Assembly (NCBI GenBank): GCA_964648855.1
Contig: CAZYLT010000009.1
Coordinates: 60,001-92,000 of the forward strand
From: an uncultured archaeon
GTDB taxonomy: Archaea; Asgardarchaeota; Thorarchaeia; Thorarchaeales; Thorarchaeaceae
DNA: 32,000 nt
Direction: 5' to 3'
A model generated the notes under the pieces. That model was given only the letters and a program-made list of their open reading frames with translations. It made no database searches and was not told the origin of the DNA. Below, one piece after another: positions 8,745 to 18,840 of this stretch (its first letter is position 1; each line of letters opens with the position of its first letter). A program made the translations under genes and the position numbers.

Positions 8745-10118
8745 GTGAAGCTGGAGCAAGACTATTATCTGTTTTCCAGAAAAATCGATGGGGCATCACT
8801 TTGGCAGCTAATTAGATTTCCCGTTTTCAATAGAATCGCTTATCCAGACTCCTATACCTCCAAGCTGGGCAGAGATTCACCATCCTCCTTCGATAGATTT
8901 CGCTTTTTTCTGAGTGCCGCCTTGCGAATCGACCAAAATCCTATTTTCTCTGGGGAATCAGAAGCTCTTTTCTTGGCGCATCCCCGAAGAATGCTAATGC
9001 CTGACGAAAAATGGTGGGATTTGTACACAGACTATATTCTTGAGGAAATAGCTATTTCATTTGCTGTAATAGAGCGTCAGATGGATGCAAAGCATAGAAG
9101 ACCAGCCAAAACAAGTAACCTCTTCTACCTCGATTCGCTTGATTTGTTAGAATACTTATCTTCCAAGTTTGATTTGGTCAATGTGACCTTGAGTGATGAA
9201 GAACAGCAGCTTATCTCGGACCTGGAAGGGGAGATATTGGAGCGATTTTCGCAGGCTATTGATCTCAGAAGCCTTGTTCTTAGTATTTTGAGAATAAGAA
9301 GAATACGCCGCCCATATTACAAAGCCATGCTGACAAGGATGAAGCCGAAAGTTGTAATTGTGATTAGTTCATATAATGAGTTGACTTTTATAGAGGTTGC
9401 CAAAGATATGGGTATTCCTGTAGTTGAGCTCCAACATGGTATGATAAGCATATATCATACTGGGTATTCATTTCCTCAGGAGTTTCATGAATATGTCATT
9501 GCCCCTGATTATCTATTTACATTTGGCGAATACTGGAATAGTGCTGCGAATTATGCGATAGATGATGATAGGATAATGAGTATGGGATTTCCCTTTGCTG
9601 AATCACAAATGAAGAAAATCAAAGCAAAGGCGAAAGATGAGATTCTATTCATTTCACAATGGACGACAGGACAGGAAATAGCTAGTTATGCCGTTGAATT
9701 ATCAAAAATGCCATCAGTGGAACAAGAAATAGTTCTGAAATTGCATCCTAGAGACTGCGACAATTGGCGCAAGCGTTATCCCCAGTTGGCTGAATCTGAA
9801 ATAAGAGTTGTTGATGATGCTCGTGTATCTTTGTATGGCCTGTTTGCTGAATCGAGTTGTGTGGTAGGTGTATACTCTACTGCAGTAATAGAGGCCATCT
9901 TATTCGGCATGAACGCTTACTTGCTTGATATTCGCGGCATAGAGAATGTAAGTCATCTAATAGATGCTGGCCTGGCAAAGAAAGTTTCAACTCCGGAAGA
10001 ACTACTGAATGCAATTGAGTGCCAAGATAGAACAACGTCATTAGACAAGAACCGCTTTCTCAGGCCAGGAGGATCAAAGAGGATTGCCAGGGAACTTGAG
10101 ATGATTGCAAGTAGATGA
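8745..10118 (+). CDS. GT-B fold surface-polysaccharide enzyme, sialyltransferase/capsule-biosynthesis-like
   Basis: ELQHG, PDYLFTFGEYW, GFPF, LFISQ, KLHP and VGVYSTAVIEA motifs. Start is uncertain: the frame is open back to 8703, with a possible CTG start at 8709 after GAGGT. Confidence 0.65.
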   Translation: MKLEQDYYLFSRKIDGASLWQLIRFPVFNRIAYPDSYTSKLGRDSPSSFDRFRFFLSAALRIDQNPIFSGESEALFLAHPRRMLMPDEKWWDLYTDYILEEIAISFAVIERQMDAKHRRPAKTSNLFYLDSLDLLEYLSSKFDLVNVTLSDEEQQLISDLEGEILERFSQAIDLRSLVLSILRIRRIRRPYYKAMLTRMKPKVVIVISSYNELTFIEVAKDMGIPVVELQHGMISIYHTGYSFPQEFHEYVIAPDYLFTFGEYWNSAANYAIDDDRIMSMGFPFAESQMKKIKAKAKDEILFISQWTTGQEIASYAVELSKMPSVEQEIVLKLHPRDCDNWRKRYPQLAESEIRVVDDARVSLYGLFAESSCVVGVYSTAVIEAILFGMNAYLLDIRGIENVSHLIDAGLAKKVSTPEELLNAIECQDRTTSLDKNRFLRPGGSKRIARELEMIASR

Positions 10119-10284
10119 AGATAGAGCAATCCCGGTTAATGAAGCAAACACGATTCCTTCGAATATCCAAACCAATTTTTTATTGCTTAAACGATGCTCG
10201 ACGCGTCAGAAACTGAATAGGGCTAGTCTTGCTTGAATAGAATCAATATCATCCTTGAAGAGTGAACCTTGATTTCAAAAGAAA

Positions 10285-10794
10285 TCATTCTCTTTCTTTC
10301 AGAATATCGGCGAAAGAATGCTCCGAAACATATTCCTTCCTCAGTGAAATTGCCCTTTCGATATGGTTCTTATTCTCAGGCACAAGCTTTTGGAGTTCAG
10401 AATAGTACTGTTTAGTTTCCTCTATAATTGTAGTATCTACTCCAAAATGGCCCCCGAGTTTCTCCGCTGATTCGAGGAGAGTTGAAAACAAAGGAAACCA
10501 AAAAATGTGTTCCTTTGGGCTAGGTACGTATTGATATGGATTTCTTTCTTGCGTGACTTCTCCGGATGGCGCCCACATGACCAGAACGCGATCATATACG
10601 TATCCCAGAATCAGGAATCCAACAAACGCCGCCATCATAAATGCGGCGGGCCCTAAGACGCCCAAATCTGAGAAGAATGGAATATATACATAATAGGAGA
10701 TTGCAAGAAGAGCAATGCTATAGAAGAGTCCCCATATGCCCCTAATTTGAACGATTCGCCATTGTTGTTTCATTAGCCACTTCTTAATTCTCAT
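10285..10794 (-). CDS. Uncharacterised 2-TM membrane protein (one 'ERNPY' repeat); paralogue of the upstream gene
   Basis: Start MRIKKWLMKQQWRI aligns with MNIPKWLMKQYWRI of the neighbour and overlaps its stop by 11 nt. Confidence 0.8.
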   Translation of the reverse strand: MRIKKWLMKQQWRIVQIRGIWGLFYSIALLAISYYVYIPFFSDLGVLGPAAFMMAAFVGFLILGYVYDRVLVMWAPSGEVTQERNPYQYVPSPKEHIFWFPLFSTLLESAEKLGGHFGVDTTIIEETKQYYSELQKLVPENKNHIERAISLRKEYVSEHSFADILKERE

Positions 10795-11845
10795 TTTGAA
10801 TAGCCTCTTTTTGATAGCTTGCGAATACCCACTCCAAAGATGCTCTAAGTTGCTTTGCATGCTTCAAGTCATCCCTTCGCGCAGGGCTGAGTTTCGAGTA
10901 TGCTGACAGGTATTCGAAAAACCGTTCTATATCCTCAACCCCTGTGTCAAGCTTCTCTCTTATTCTCATTATGACTTCTAGATATGCTCTGAAAACTGGG
11001 AGAAAGAAAGCAATCAATCTTGGTTCCAAGACATAACTATATGGGTTTCTCTCAACTTTAACTGCGGCATCCACGGACCATATCTTCAGCTTTTTGTCAT
11101 AGAACCACCCTAGAGCAATGATAACCAATGTGAGTGGTGGTGCAGTGAATAGGAGTCCTATTAAGAGATAGTCTGTTGGCAGAGAGCTGTTTACGGCCAC
11201 ATCCGAAAAAATCACCAATGAGAAAAGTGCACCAAATATTAGTATCTCTTGAAAGATTCCGGTTATCGATTGAATCCAGTTAATTCTCAGGACCGAAACT
11301 TGAAATCCTAGTTTTAGTCGTTCAATTAAGCCCATTTTGTAATCTTTGGATTGCTGGTTATGACCGAAGGAATGGTTCTGCCAGAATTCATCTGAGATGG
11401 ATTTTGCTCGCGAAATATCATCCTTAATTGGCTGAAGCGAGAAGTAGATGCTCATATATTCTATGAAATCGTCCAAAGCCTCAGTTGAAAGCTCTAGTTG
11501 CTTCAGTGTCTTTCGCAAAATGAAGGTAAGAGAGTGAATAAAGGGCAAATTGCTTGCTAAATCTGCAAAGCTGGGTACATAACGGTATGGATTTCTTTCA
11601 ACTTTCGCTTGAATATCTTGAGTCCAGAGCTTGGCCTTCTTATCATAGACCCACCCCAATCCCATGAACGCAAAAGTAAGAATTGCTCCTAGAATTAGTG
11701 CACCAATAAGCCCGAGTGGTTCTAAGAGAGGTATGTAGGGATAGTACCATCGTCCCAAAACAAACATGCCGGTTGCGAGGCTCAGTATTGCCCTCATCTC
11801 GCCAATACGCCAGTATTGCTTCATTAGCCACTTGGGAATATTCAT
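10784..11845 (-). CDS. Uncharacterised membrane protein with two tandem 'ERNPY' repeats
   Basis: Internal duplication: LGWVYDKKAKLW...KVERNPYRYV and LGWFYDKKLKIW...KVERNPYSYV. Confidence 0.8.
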   Translation of the reverse strand: MNIPKWLMKQYWRIGEMRAILSLATGMFVLGRWYYPYIPLLEPLGLIGALILGAILTFAFMGLGWVYDKKAKLWTQDIQAKVERNPYRYVPSFADLASNLPFIHSLTFILRKTLKQLELSTEALDDFIEYMSIYFSLQPIKDDISRAKSISDEFWQNHSFGHNQQSKDYKMGLIERLKLGFQVSVLRINWIQSITGIFQEILIFGALFSLVIFSDVAVNSSLPTDYLLIGLLFTAPPLTLVIIALGWFYDKKLKIWSVDAAVKVERNPYSYVLEPRLIAFFLPVFRAYLEVIMRIREKLDTGVEDIERFFEYLSAYSKLSPARRDDLKHAKQLRASLEWVFASYQKEAIQNEN

Positions 11846-11869
11846 GTCTTGCTCAACTCCATTTAGAGT

Positions 11870-11890
11870 GCCTTTTTAAATTACTCTTCA
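11870..11890 (-). promoter_or_regulatory. Putative archaeal TATA box for the ERNPY-repeat operon
   Basis: The minus strand reads GAGTAATTTAAAAAGG about 30 nt upstream of the ATG at 11845. Confidence 0.4.
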
Positions 11891-12031
11891 ATGTTTCATT
11901 AACTCGATGAAGTGAGTGATACGTTTTTATGTTTACCCTCGCAGAAACATCGTTTCTTTTTTTGGTCGCCTATGTAGTGCCTTAGAAATACAAATCCTCC
12001 TCATCAATCTACGGACTCGATTTGGCTGTGC

Positions 12032-13405
12032 TTAGACATATTGACCTGCAACATCTGATTTGACGAAGAATAGTTTTCCTGACCTGACCTGAGGCAATTC
12101 CGATTCGGCAATGCTACGAAATGTCACGAGCATATCCTCTCCTAAGAAACTCTTGATGTGTTTAGAAAGTGTATTAAGCTCGTTACGGTCGAAATTTTCA
12201 TTTGGAACTATTCTCACTTCTAGCTCACCAATAGCTGGTTGATATGCATAGAATCTGTCAAAGCCCCTTGATTTTCTAAATAGATGGGGAATAAACACAC
12301 CTGGGACAAGTCTTTCATCAGTTGAAACGAGGAAATCATAGGTTCTCCCCTTAATATGCTCGATTGTGGATAGCGATCTTCCACATGCACATTTTCTCTC
12401 ACTAATTTCAAGTATGTCTCCTAAATCGTAACGAATCAAGGGCATTGCATAGTTGTCCAAGTCCGTTATTATGGCTGGTACCATGCCGCTTCTGTTGAAT
12501 CCCGTTTGAACACTCTCAACGAGTACGTGTTCATCATTGACATGGTAAAGATCTCTATACTCACATTGATTTGCAATAGAGTAGATTTCGCCTGATCCAT
12601 ATTGGTCATAAACATTCGCCCTCAATCCCTCTTCAATATCGTTGCGTTGAAAACCGAACAGTTTCTCGGCTGTAGTTATGCACTTCTCAATTTTTCCCAA
12701 CTGAGTAGGATTTTCTTTTGAGAAATCTGCTAGAATACTCAATGCTGATGGATATCCTCTTGCGACCCGTATTCCTCTTGAGTGAACAACTTGAGATATC
12801 TTCATAATAGATTTCTTATCAAGCTCAAATGCTTGAATGAAGTATCTTCCTTCAACATCGTCTCTAATGCGTGTCAATATACTTACCCTATCTTCATCTC
12901 TCAGAATTCCGCCTAATGATCCTCCACCAATTGTAATTCTTGGTTCCCCTAGCCTTAGTCCTATCCATTCTTCAAATCGAAGCATGCATGCCGATGCCCA
13001 CCCCGCTGAATTAGTATCTCGATAAAGCTGAATTGGCATTCCTGTTGAGCCCCCTGTATGTCCAAGAATAAGCGAGTTTTTCGAGAATGCCCTAGAAACA
13101 AGGTCCTCTTTATGATGACGGACTTCCTCTTTTGTCAGTAGGGGAATCTGCTCAATATCCTCAGGTTTCTCTACATCGGAAGGCGTTATGGCTGCATCAT
13201 CGAATCTTCTTCTATAGTATGGAACAGTAGCATAAGCATGGCTAAGAAGTCTTCTAAGCTTCTTCACCTGTAACTTCCGAATCTTTTCCGGTGACCACCA
13301 TTGGCTGCTTTTTAGCCTGGCATATTTCAAGAGCGTATTGGTTCCATGCATCATGTCGGATGCAAGATTAAACATCAAAGATGCCAGAGTTCTCATCATG
13401 TGCAT
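12032..13405 (-). CDS. Phenylacetate-CoA ligase-like ANL enzyme, CapK type (polysaccharide-cluster associated)
   Basis: AYATVPYYR, IPLLTKE, TGGSTGMP, DQYGSGE, MPLIRYDLGD, IKGR and SGK motifs; the neighbours are glycosyltransferases. Start is uncertain (13438/13405/13399). Confidence 0.85.
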   Translation of the reverse strand: MHMMRTLASLMFNLASDMMHGTNTLLKYARLKSSQWWSPEKIRKLQVKKLRRLLSHAYATVPYYRRRFDDAAITPSDVEKPEDIEQIPLLTKEEVRHHKEDLVSRAFSKNSLILGHTGGSTGMPIQLYRDTNSAGWASACMLRFEEWIGLRLGEPRITIGGGSLGGILRDEDRVSILTRIRDDVEGRYFIQAFELDKKSIMKISQVVHSRGIRVARGYPSALSILADFSKENPTQLGKIEKCITTAEKLFGFQRNDIEEGLRANVYDQYGSGEIYSIANQCEYRDLYHVNDEHVLVESVQTGFNRSGMVPAIITDLDNYAMPLIRYDLGDILEISERKCACGRSLSTIEHIKGRTYDFLVSTDERLVPGVFIPHLFRKSRGFDRFYAYQPAIGELEVRIVPNENFDRNELNTLSKHIKSFLGEDMLVTFRSIAESELPQVRSGKLFFVKSDVAGQYV

Positions 13406-13558
13406 TGATATATGGATTAATGCAGATAAAAGTATCACAGTTATTCAGCATAATCACTTAAGTTGTTCCGCTCAGTTTCAACAGGGATTCAATACGAAAC
13501 AGATTGGAAAAACAGGGAAACGTATAATTGGCTGTGCTCGACACCAATCACGATAAGC

Positions 13559-14728
13559 TTGCCGCGACTACTGATAGTATCCTATGCATATCCACCGCTT
13601 GGTGGAATTGCCATTATTAGAGCTCTAACTCTGGCAAGAGAGGCTCAAAAGAAAGGATGGCAAACAGCATTTTTGGCAGTTGCTAATGACCCGCTGTATT
13701 TGAGAGATCCCTCAATTGAAACAGAATCTCCTCCCGTCTGGGCATACAGATACCCTATTTATCTAATCATAAACAGATTCCTGAGACGAATACTCCCAGG
13801 AAAGCGTATTCTGTGGTCTTTTCTCGATGGCTTTTTTGACTGGGTACCAGATGCAAGATCAGTGGGTAAGATGCTCTTTGAGAAATGGCCTTATGATGCG
13901 ATTTTTGCATCCGCTCCTCGATATTCATCATTGAGAGTGGCTGCAGAACTGAAGGAAAGCATCGGGGTCCCAGCCATAGCTGATCTGAGAGATTCTCTTC
14001 TGTACAACTTTGCAATAGACTATGTACACCCATGGATTCGAAGGTTTTATCATATCTATTACCACAATTTGCTTTCCAAATTCGATATGATTACAGCAGT
14101 GGACCGAAACGCTGTCCGTGGCATTGATTTGCCCCATGAGATCATCCATAATGGGTATGATGAAGAGGAATTCAGGGGAAACTTATCGCGATACGATGAA
14201 TTCACTATTAGCTATGTTGGAACCTATTATCCACAATTTAAGGTAAAAGGATTCCTTCGTGCATTGCAGAAACTACCGAAATCCACCCAAGATTCTATCC
14301 GCGTCCAATTCATAGGAGATGGTGCAGATATTTTCAGAAGTGAAGCAAAAGAATATGGGATTGATTGGATAGAAATCAAAAATCGTGTCCCTAGAAAAGA
14401 GGCTATCGAAATCATGCGGAAAAGCCATGCATTACTTGTTCTCTCCGGTGCTGTAACCAATGCATTGGGTGCAAAAATATTCGAGTGTGCTAGAAGCGGC
14501 GCCACCGTATTGAATCTGTGCCAGAGAGGAAATCTACCATGGAAGTTCGTGGAAGAAACCAATCTGGCAACTAATGTGCCCTATGACGATCCTGAGCAAA
14601 TTAGAAATGAAATTTTGAATGCGATGAAAAGAGGGGAACATCGACCCCCAGAAGGTATCGAAGAATATAGTCGCCAAGAGTCTGCTAAGAAGATTCTATC
14701 CATCCTAGAAGACGTCATTTCTGAATAG
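13559..14728 (+). CDS. Glycosyltransferase family 4 (GT-B)
   Basis: LLIVSYAYPPLGG, IADLRD, IHNGYD, ISYVGT and KIFEC motifs. The probable TTG start is 13559; the track gives 13463. Confidence 0.85.
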   Translation: MPRLLIVSYAYPPLGGIAIIRALTLAREAQKKGWQTAFLAVANDPLYLRDPSIETESPPVWAYRYPIYLIINRFLRRILPGKRILWSFLDGFFDWVPDARSVGKMLFEKWPYDAIFASAPRYSSLRVAAELKESIGVPAIADLRDSLLYNFAIDYVHPWIRRFYHIYYHNLLSKFDMITAVDRNAVRGIDLPHEIIHNGYDEEEFRGNLSRYDEFTISYVGTYYPQFKVKGFLRALQKLPKSTQDSIRVQFIGDGADIFRSEAKEYGIDWIEIKNRVPRKEAIEIMRKSHALLVLSGAVTNALGAKIFECARSGATVLNLCQRGNLPWKFVEETNLATNVPYDDPEQIRNEILNAMKRGEHRPPEGIEEYSRQESAKKILSILEDVISE

Positions 14729-14744
14729 CTGCATATTTCTCATT

Positions 14745-16226
14745 CTAATCTCTTTTCCAAACAATGAAAGATCCTTGACTGGTCGTTGCTTCAATAGAGA
14801 AACCATCCATTGTTGGATTCCACCATTCTTGTATGGATCTATTGCCTGAATGCTGAACAATAACGCTGAGCCCTTGTGAGAGTAGCAGTTCATATTCTGC
14901 TAATGTATCAGGAATTCTTTTCACCAAATCCCGACCGTACGGATATATGATAACAATCCAGTTCGTGATCAAAGATGTTTCTTTATCCCACGTATTGTCC
15001 AGAATTTCTCTGACTTCGCCCAACTCTTGGTAATAGGTTGAGGTACGATATTCTGAAACAACGATCCCTGCAAATGAGCAATTTACGAGAACGATTGCTG
15101 CTGATACCACGAGGAATACCCTCTTTCTCTTCCTATACCTATGTAACTCCCTCGACGAAAGTATTATTCCCCCTACAATCCAAGGAAGAGTCAAACGGAC
15201 GAAAAGGCCGCCTGAGCCCAAATCGAAATATTCCATGCGGTAGTAGTCGATGCGGAGAAGTCCTTGAAGGAGCAGGGGTACCAAGAACCACAGAACTAGC
15301 ATTATGCCTTTCGCATTCTTCTGTACTATAGCTCTAATTGTTCCTATGATGGAAAAGGGCAAGCCAGCTACGAGCAGGTACCCAGCTACTAATCCACTCA
15401 TGAGAATTGGTTGCCACCATACAATCAAGGACATTGGGTCAATTCTATTTGCCTGAGAGTATTGAATATAGAAACCTAGCGGGCTTCCTGTATTTACAAT
15501 GCTCAAAATAAAAAGGAAGCTAATGACTCCAAGAAATGACAAAATGGATAGAACAAGTCCTTTATTGAATTTTGGTTCTCTTCTCTTCGCTATCATTAAC
15601 GTGATGATGGGTATCAGATAAAGAAATGAAGTATATCTCGCCAATGTCGCCAAGCCAAGTGAAACTCCAACGACAAGACCCTCTCTGATTGAGAGCTCAA
15701 AGGAGTTTTCATCATTCAATAACTTTGGCAGAACAGTCATCAGAAAAACATTACTCAGTAGGAGGAACAACGATTCACTCATTACTCGGCCAGCGAGCTG
15801 AAGCCATATCACTGGAAGCGAAAGTGTCACCAACATACAGATATCTGCAGTCTTTTGGTCGAGAATTCGTTTATACAAAGGGAGGAAGGATAAGAGCAAA
15901 AACACACCCATCATCCATGAGAAAACTTCAATTACGAAGGGTGAACAGCCGGCGATACTAAAGACAATTCCTAGGATTAAGGGCCATAATGGTGGCCGAT
16001 ATGGCTCAAATTGCACCAAAACGCCTTTTTCTACAAACTCCTTCGCCTGAGTGACATAGACTACTTCATCCCACGATAGTAGATGAGGCTCTAGGAGAGT
16101 TAACCTCTTGAAAAGAGTGACAGTCATGATGACTAGAAAAAATATGTAAAGATAGTAACGCCGGGCATACTCAGAAACGGAAGTCGATTCAGATTCGTTT
16201 TGGTCCTCAGCTTGCGCATCTCTCAT
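14745..16226 (-). CDS. GT-C membrane glycosyltransferase (ArnT/PMT_2, family 39/83-like; polyprenol-P-sugar dependent)
   Basis: WDEVVY, RPPLWP, MSESL and GLATLARY motifs; multi-TM. Confidence 0.85.
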   Translation of the reverse strand: MRDAQAEDQNESESTSVSEYARRYYLYIFFLVIMTVTLFKRLTLLEPHLLSWDEVVYVTQAKEFVEKGVLVQFEPYRPPLWPLILGIVFSIAGCSPFVIEVFSWMMGVFLLLSFLPLYKRILDQKTADICMLVTLSLPVIWLQLAGRVMSESLFLLLSNVFLMTVLPKLLNDENSFELSIREGLVVGVSLGLATLARYTSFLYLIPIITLMIAKRREPKFNKGLVLSILSFLGVISFLFILSIVNTGSPLGFYIQYSQANRIDPMSLIVWWQPILMSGLVAGYLLVAGLPFSIIGTIRAIVQKNAKGIMLVLWFLVPLLLQGLLRIDYYRMEYFDLGSGGLFVRLTLPWIVGGIILSSRELHRYRKRKRVFLVVSAAIVLVNCSFAGIVVSEYRTSTYYQELGEVREILDNTWDKETSLITNWIVIIYPYGRDLVKRIPDTLAEYELLLSQGLSVIVQHSGNRSIQEWWNPTMDGFSIEATTSQGSFIVWKRD

Positions 16227-16436
16227 AGGAATCGATTACTCTCCTTGATTGTATCGGATACCAAATCCTTGTGATATATATGTGATTCTCATTTTTCCAT
16301 GCTTGATGGTGCGCTTGACTGATTTTGTACTCCTGATATGCACTCGAGCGTAACCGTTATTTTCCGTCTGATATTTACGGGATATGCATACTTTAGCGCA
16401 AGCAACAGTTAATGCCTTGGCGAGGAAATCCTGAAA

Positions 16437-17249
16437 ATGCTCAAATATGTAATGGCGATCAATATTTGGAATGAAAGTAGCAAAGTAGTGCCACTCTTTG
16501 ACCAAATAGAAAATCAAACAAGGCCACCTGATCTATGGATTTGGATCGATGATGGAAGTACAGATGACTCTGTGGACGTCATAACTCGGAGAGCCGCTAG
16601 TTCATCGATTCCTGTGATTATTCTTAAGGCACCACGGAAGGAAAAAGGAAACTATGATACCATTGGCAAGGCATGGAATCATGTACTAGATGACATCCAG
16701 AATCTACAAGGCTTTGATTACTTGATGATTACAGATGCTGATTGCCGCTTTCCTCAACAATATGCAGAACAAATGCTAGCCTTCATGGAATCTCATCCAG
16801 AAGTTGGTGTTGCTGCTGGTCAAGTGAGAGGCGAACTTAGACATCATATGCCAATGAATGCTGGAAAGTTTATTCGATGGAATATTGTGAAGAGCATAGA
16901 CCGGTTTTGGGATATTGTACCCGACACATTCTGGAACATAACCGCAATTTCGATGGGATATACGATTGCTAATAGAAGAAACATCACTATTGATGCAGCT
17001 CCGTCGAGAGGATTCTCCAAACAGGGTAGGTTCAGATATGGACGACTCATGTATTATGTTGGCCGCGGCATTTTGCTTGTGCTTCTACAAGCCTTGAAGT
17101 TCCAGATACAGGATAGAACCGGAACGGATTTCATCAAGGGGTACATTACCGAATGGCTTCGAGGAACGTGGAAATGCGATATTCAAATGGTTCGTAGGTT
17201 CTATTCTCTTCCAGGTACAATCATGTGGAGACTTTTTGACAGATTTTGA
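16437..17249 (+). CDS. Glycosyltransferase family 2 (GT-A)
   Basis: WIWIDDGSTDDS and the DxD motif ITDAD. Confidence 0.88.
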   Translation: MLKYVMAINIWNESSKVVPLFDQIENQTRPPDLWIWIDDGSTDDSVDVITRRAASSSIPVIILKAPRKEKGNYDTIGKAWNHVLDDIQNLQGFDYLMITDADCRFPQQYAEQMLAFMESHPEVGVAAGQVRGELRHHMPMNAGKFIRWNIVKSIDRFWDIVPDTFWNITAISMGYTIANRRNITIDAAPSRGFSKQGRFRYGRLMYYVGRGILLVLLQALKFQIQDRTGTDFIKGYITEWLRGTWKCDIQMVRRFYSLPGTIMWRLFDRF

Positions 17250-17270
17250 TACTCACCACAAACAAAGGGA

Positions 17271-18839
17271 TTAAATTAGCCCTGCTTTTTGAGCGAACTT
17301 TCTGTATCCCTTCATAAGAAGTTTGACAATATTTCTTCTCAGATTGAATTTAATCCATTCTTCCTCAGTTGGTTCCTTAAAGAACTGCCCAAACTGAGCC
17401 GCATACTCATCAACGGACTCAAACGAGATCAGTTTCTCAACAGCTTTCGCCGAGAATTTGAGCTCCACATCTGGGTTCTCAGCTCTTACTGGGTTGACCT
17501 CAATCTCTCCCTTATCCACCACATGGACATGGAATCTACTGTCAGTGATTTCATAGTCAATAATCGCGCCGCCTTTCAGCCCGTCAAAAATCTTCGGGTG
17601 CTCTCTAAGATAATCCATGAACCGCCTCTTCAGAGGTGCTTCTTCTTTCCTCTTTTTCTTCTTAGATTTGACGAATGGAAGAACGAACGTGGGCAGGTCA
17701 ACCACAGGCAGTTTGCTTTCAATGAATTTCGCTCCATCCTCAAGTCCTCTATGACAGAAGGGGCATGCCGTGACAAGAATATCTGCCTGTGTGTTTTCAG
17801 CCTCTCGAATCCTATCTGCAGCCATCTTATCTGCCAATTCACCATAGGTTCCCTTCACCCCTCCGCCAGAACCGCAACAGTGAGCGTAGCGTTTGTTGGT
17901 CTCCATTTCCACAAGCTCTACATTGTCTATTGACTCTAGTACTCTGCGAGGAGCTTCGTACACCTCTGCATGCCGGCCCAAGTGGCAGGGGTCGTGGTAG
18001 GTCACCTTCATATTCCTCGGGGCCTCGAAAGCTGCTTTGTCTTCCATGACCAATCTGTCTAAGAATTCAGTGATGTGGAGAATCTCAAATGGAAAATCGA
18101 ATCCGTTTTCTGTGACATCTAGCTTCCATGTTCTGAAACAACCCGCGCACGCCGTTACGACGGTTTTTGCTCCTGTCTTCCTAATTTCCGAGATATTGTG
18201 CCTTGTCAGGTTTTCGAAAGATTTCGTCCTGCCGACGCGCAGTAGGACTGAGCCACAGCACCTTTCGTCCTTCAGAACGGTGAAATTGACACCTAGTTTG
18301 TCTAGGAGCTCGACCGTAGTTCTGGCAATCTCTTTCTCTCGGTAGGCGCTTGTGCATCCAGCAAAATAGACTACATCTGCCTTTTCAGGCCACTCCCGCT
18401 CCCCAAACAATTCTAGTCTTTTATCTGTAGGCTCATAATAGGGATTGTAATTATTGATGATCGATTCTTCGATTTTTTCATGTTTTGGTACCCCCAAACC
18501 GTGTTCAACCAGGTCTTGTCTTACTGCCTCCATCATCTCGGGAATTCGTATTCCATCAGCGGTAGCCGTACAGGTTTCTTGACAGTTCTTGCATGTGGTA
18601 CACGTATATGCCCAATCCGTAATATCATTGGTAAGCTCTAGATTTCCTTCCATGAGGTCATTAAGAATCATCACACGCCCCCTGGATGAATATGCCTCAA
18701 ATCCGAGTACATTCTTGACTGCACATGGATGAAAGACATCGCGATCAGATGCAACTGTCTTATCAGCTAGCGAACAGTCTCCACATCGTCCACAGAGAAA
18801 TAAATCCTCTTCATATTTTGATAGATGCTTCAACTCCAT
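17271..18839 (-). CDS. (Fe-S)-binding CCG-domain protein (GlcF/GlpC/HdrD-like) with an extra C-terminal SCP2-like domain
   Basis: CGRCGDC...C and CTTCKNCQETC ferredoxin-type motifs, and two CCG domains (YFAGC/RCCG/TACAGC; YHDPCHLGR/HCCGSGGG/TACPFC). A tail of about 120 aa follows a KSKKKKRK linker. ATG at 18839 lies 1 nt from the upstream stop. Confidence 0.88.
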   Translation of the reverse strand: MELKHLSKYEEDLFLCGRCGDCSLADKTVASDRDVFHPCAVKNVLGFEAYSSRGRVMILNDLMEGNLELTNDITDWAYTCTTCKNCQETCTATADGIRIPEMMEAVRQDLVEHGLGVPKHEKIEESIINNYNPYYEPTDKRLELFGEREWPEKADVVYFAGCTSAYREKEIARTTVELLDKLGVNFTVLKDERCCGSVLLRVGRTKSFENLTRHNISEIRKTGAKTVVTACAGCFRTWKLDVTENGFDFPFEILHITEFLDRLVMEDKAAFEAPRNMKVTYHDPCHLGRHAEVYEAPRRVLESIDNVELVEMETNKRYAHCCGSGGGVKGTYGELADKMAADRIREAENTQADILVTACPFCHRGLEDGAKFIESKLPVVDLPTFVLPFVKSKKKKRKEEAPLKRRFMDYLREHPKIFDGLKGGAIIDYEITDSRFHVHVVDKGEIEVNPVRAENPDVELKFSAKAVEKLISFESVDEYAAQFGQFFKEPTEEEWIKFNLRRNIVKLLMKGYRKFAQKAGLI

Positions 18840-18840
18840 T

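Noticed and set aside
12032-13405. paaK / phenylacetate catabolism
   Set aside because: The context is glycosyltransferases with no paa genes, which fits the CapK-like subgroup.
17289-17933. 214-aa plus-strand ORF
   Set aside because: Antisense to the well-supported Fe-S/CCG gene; no motifs.
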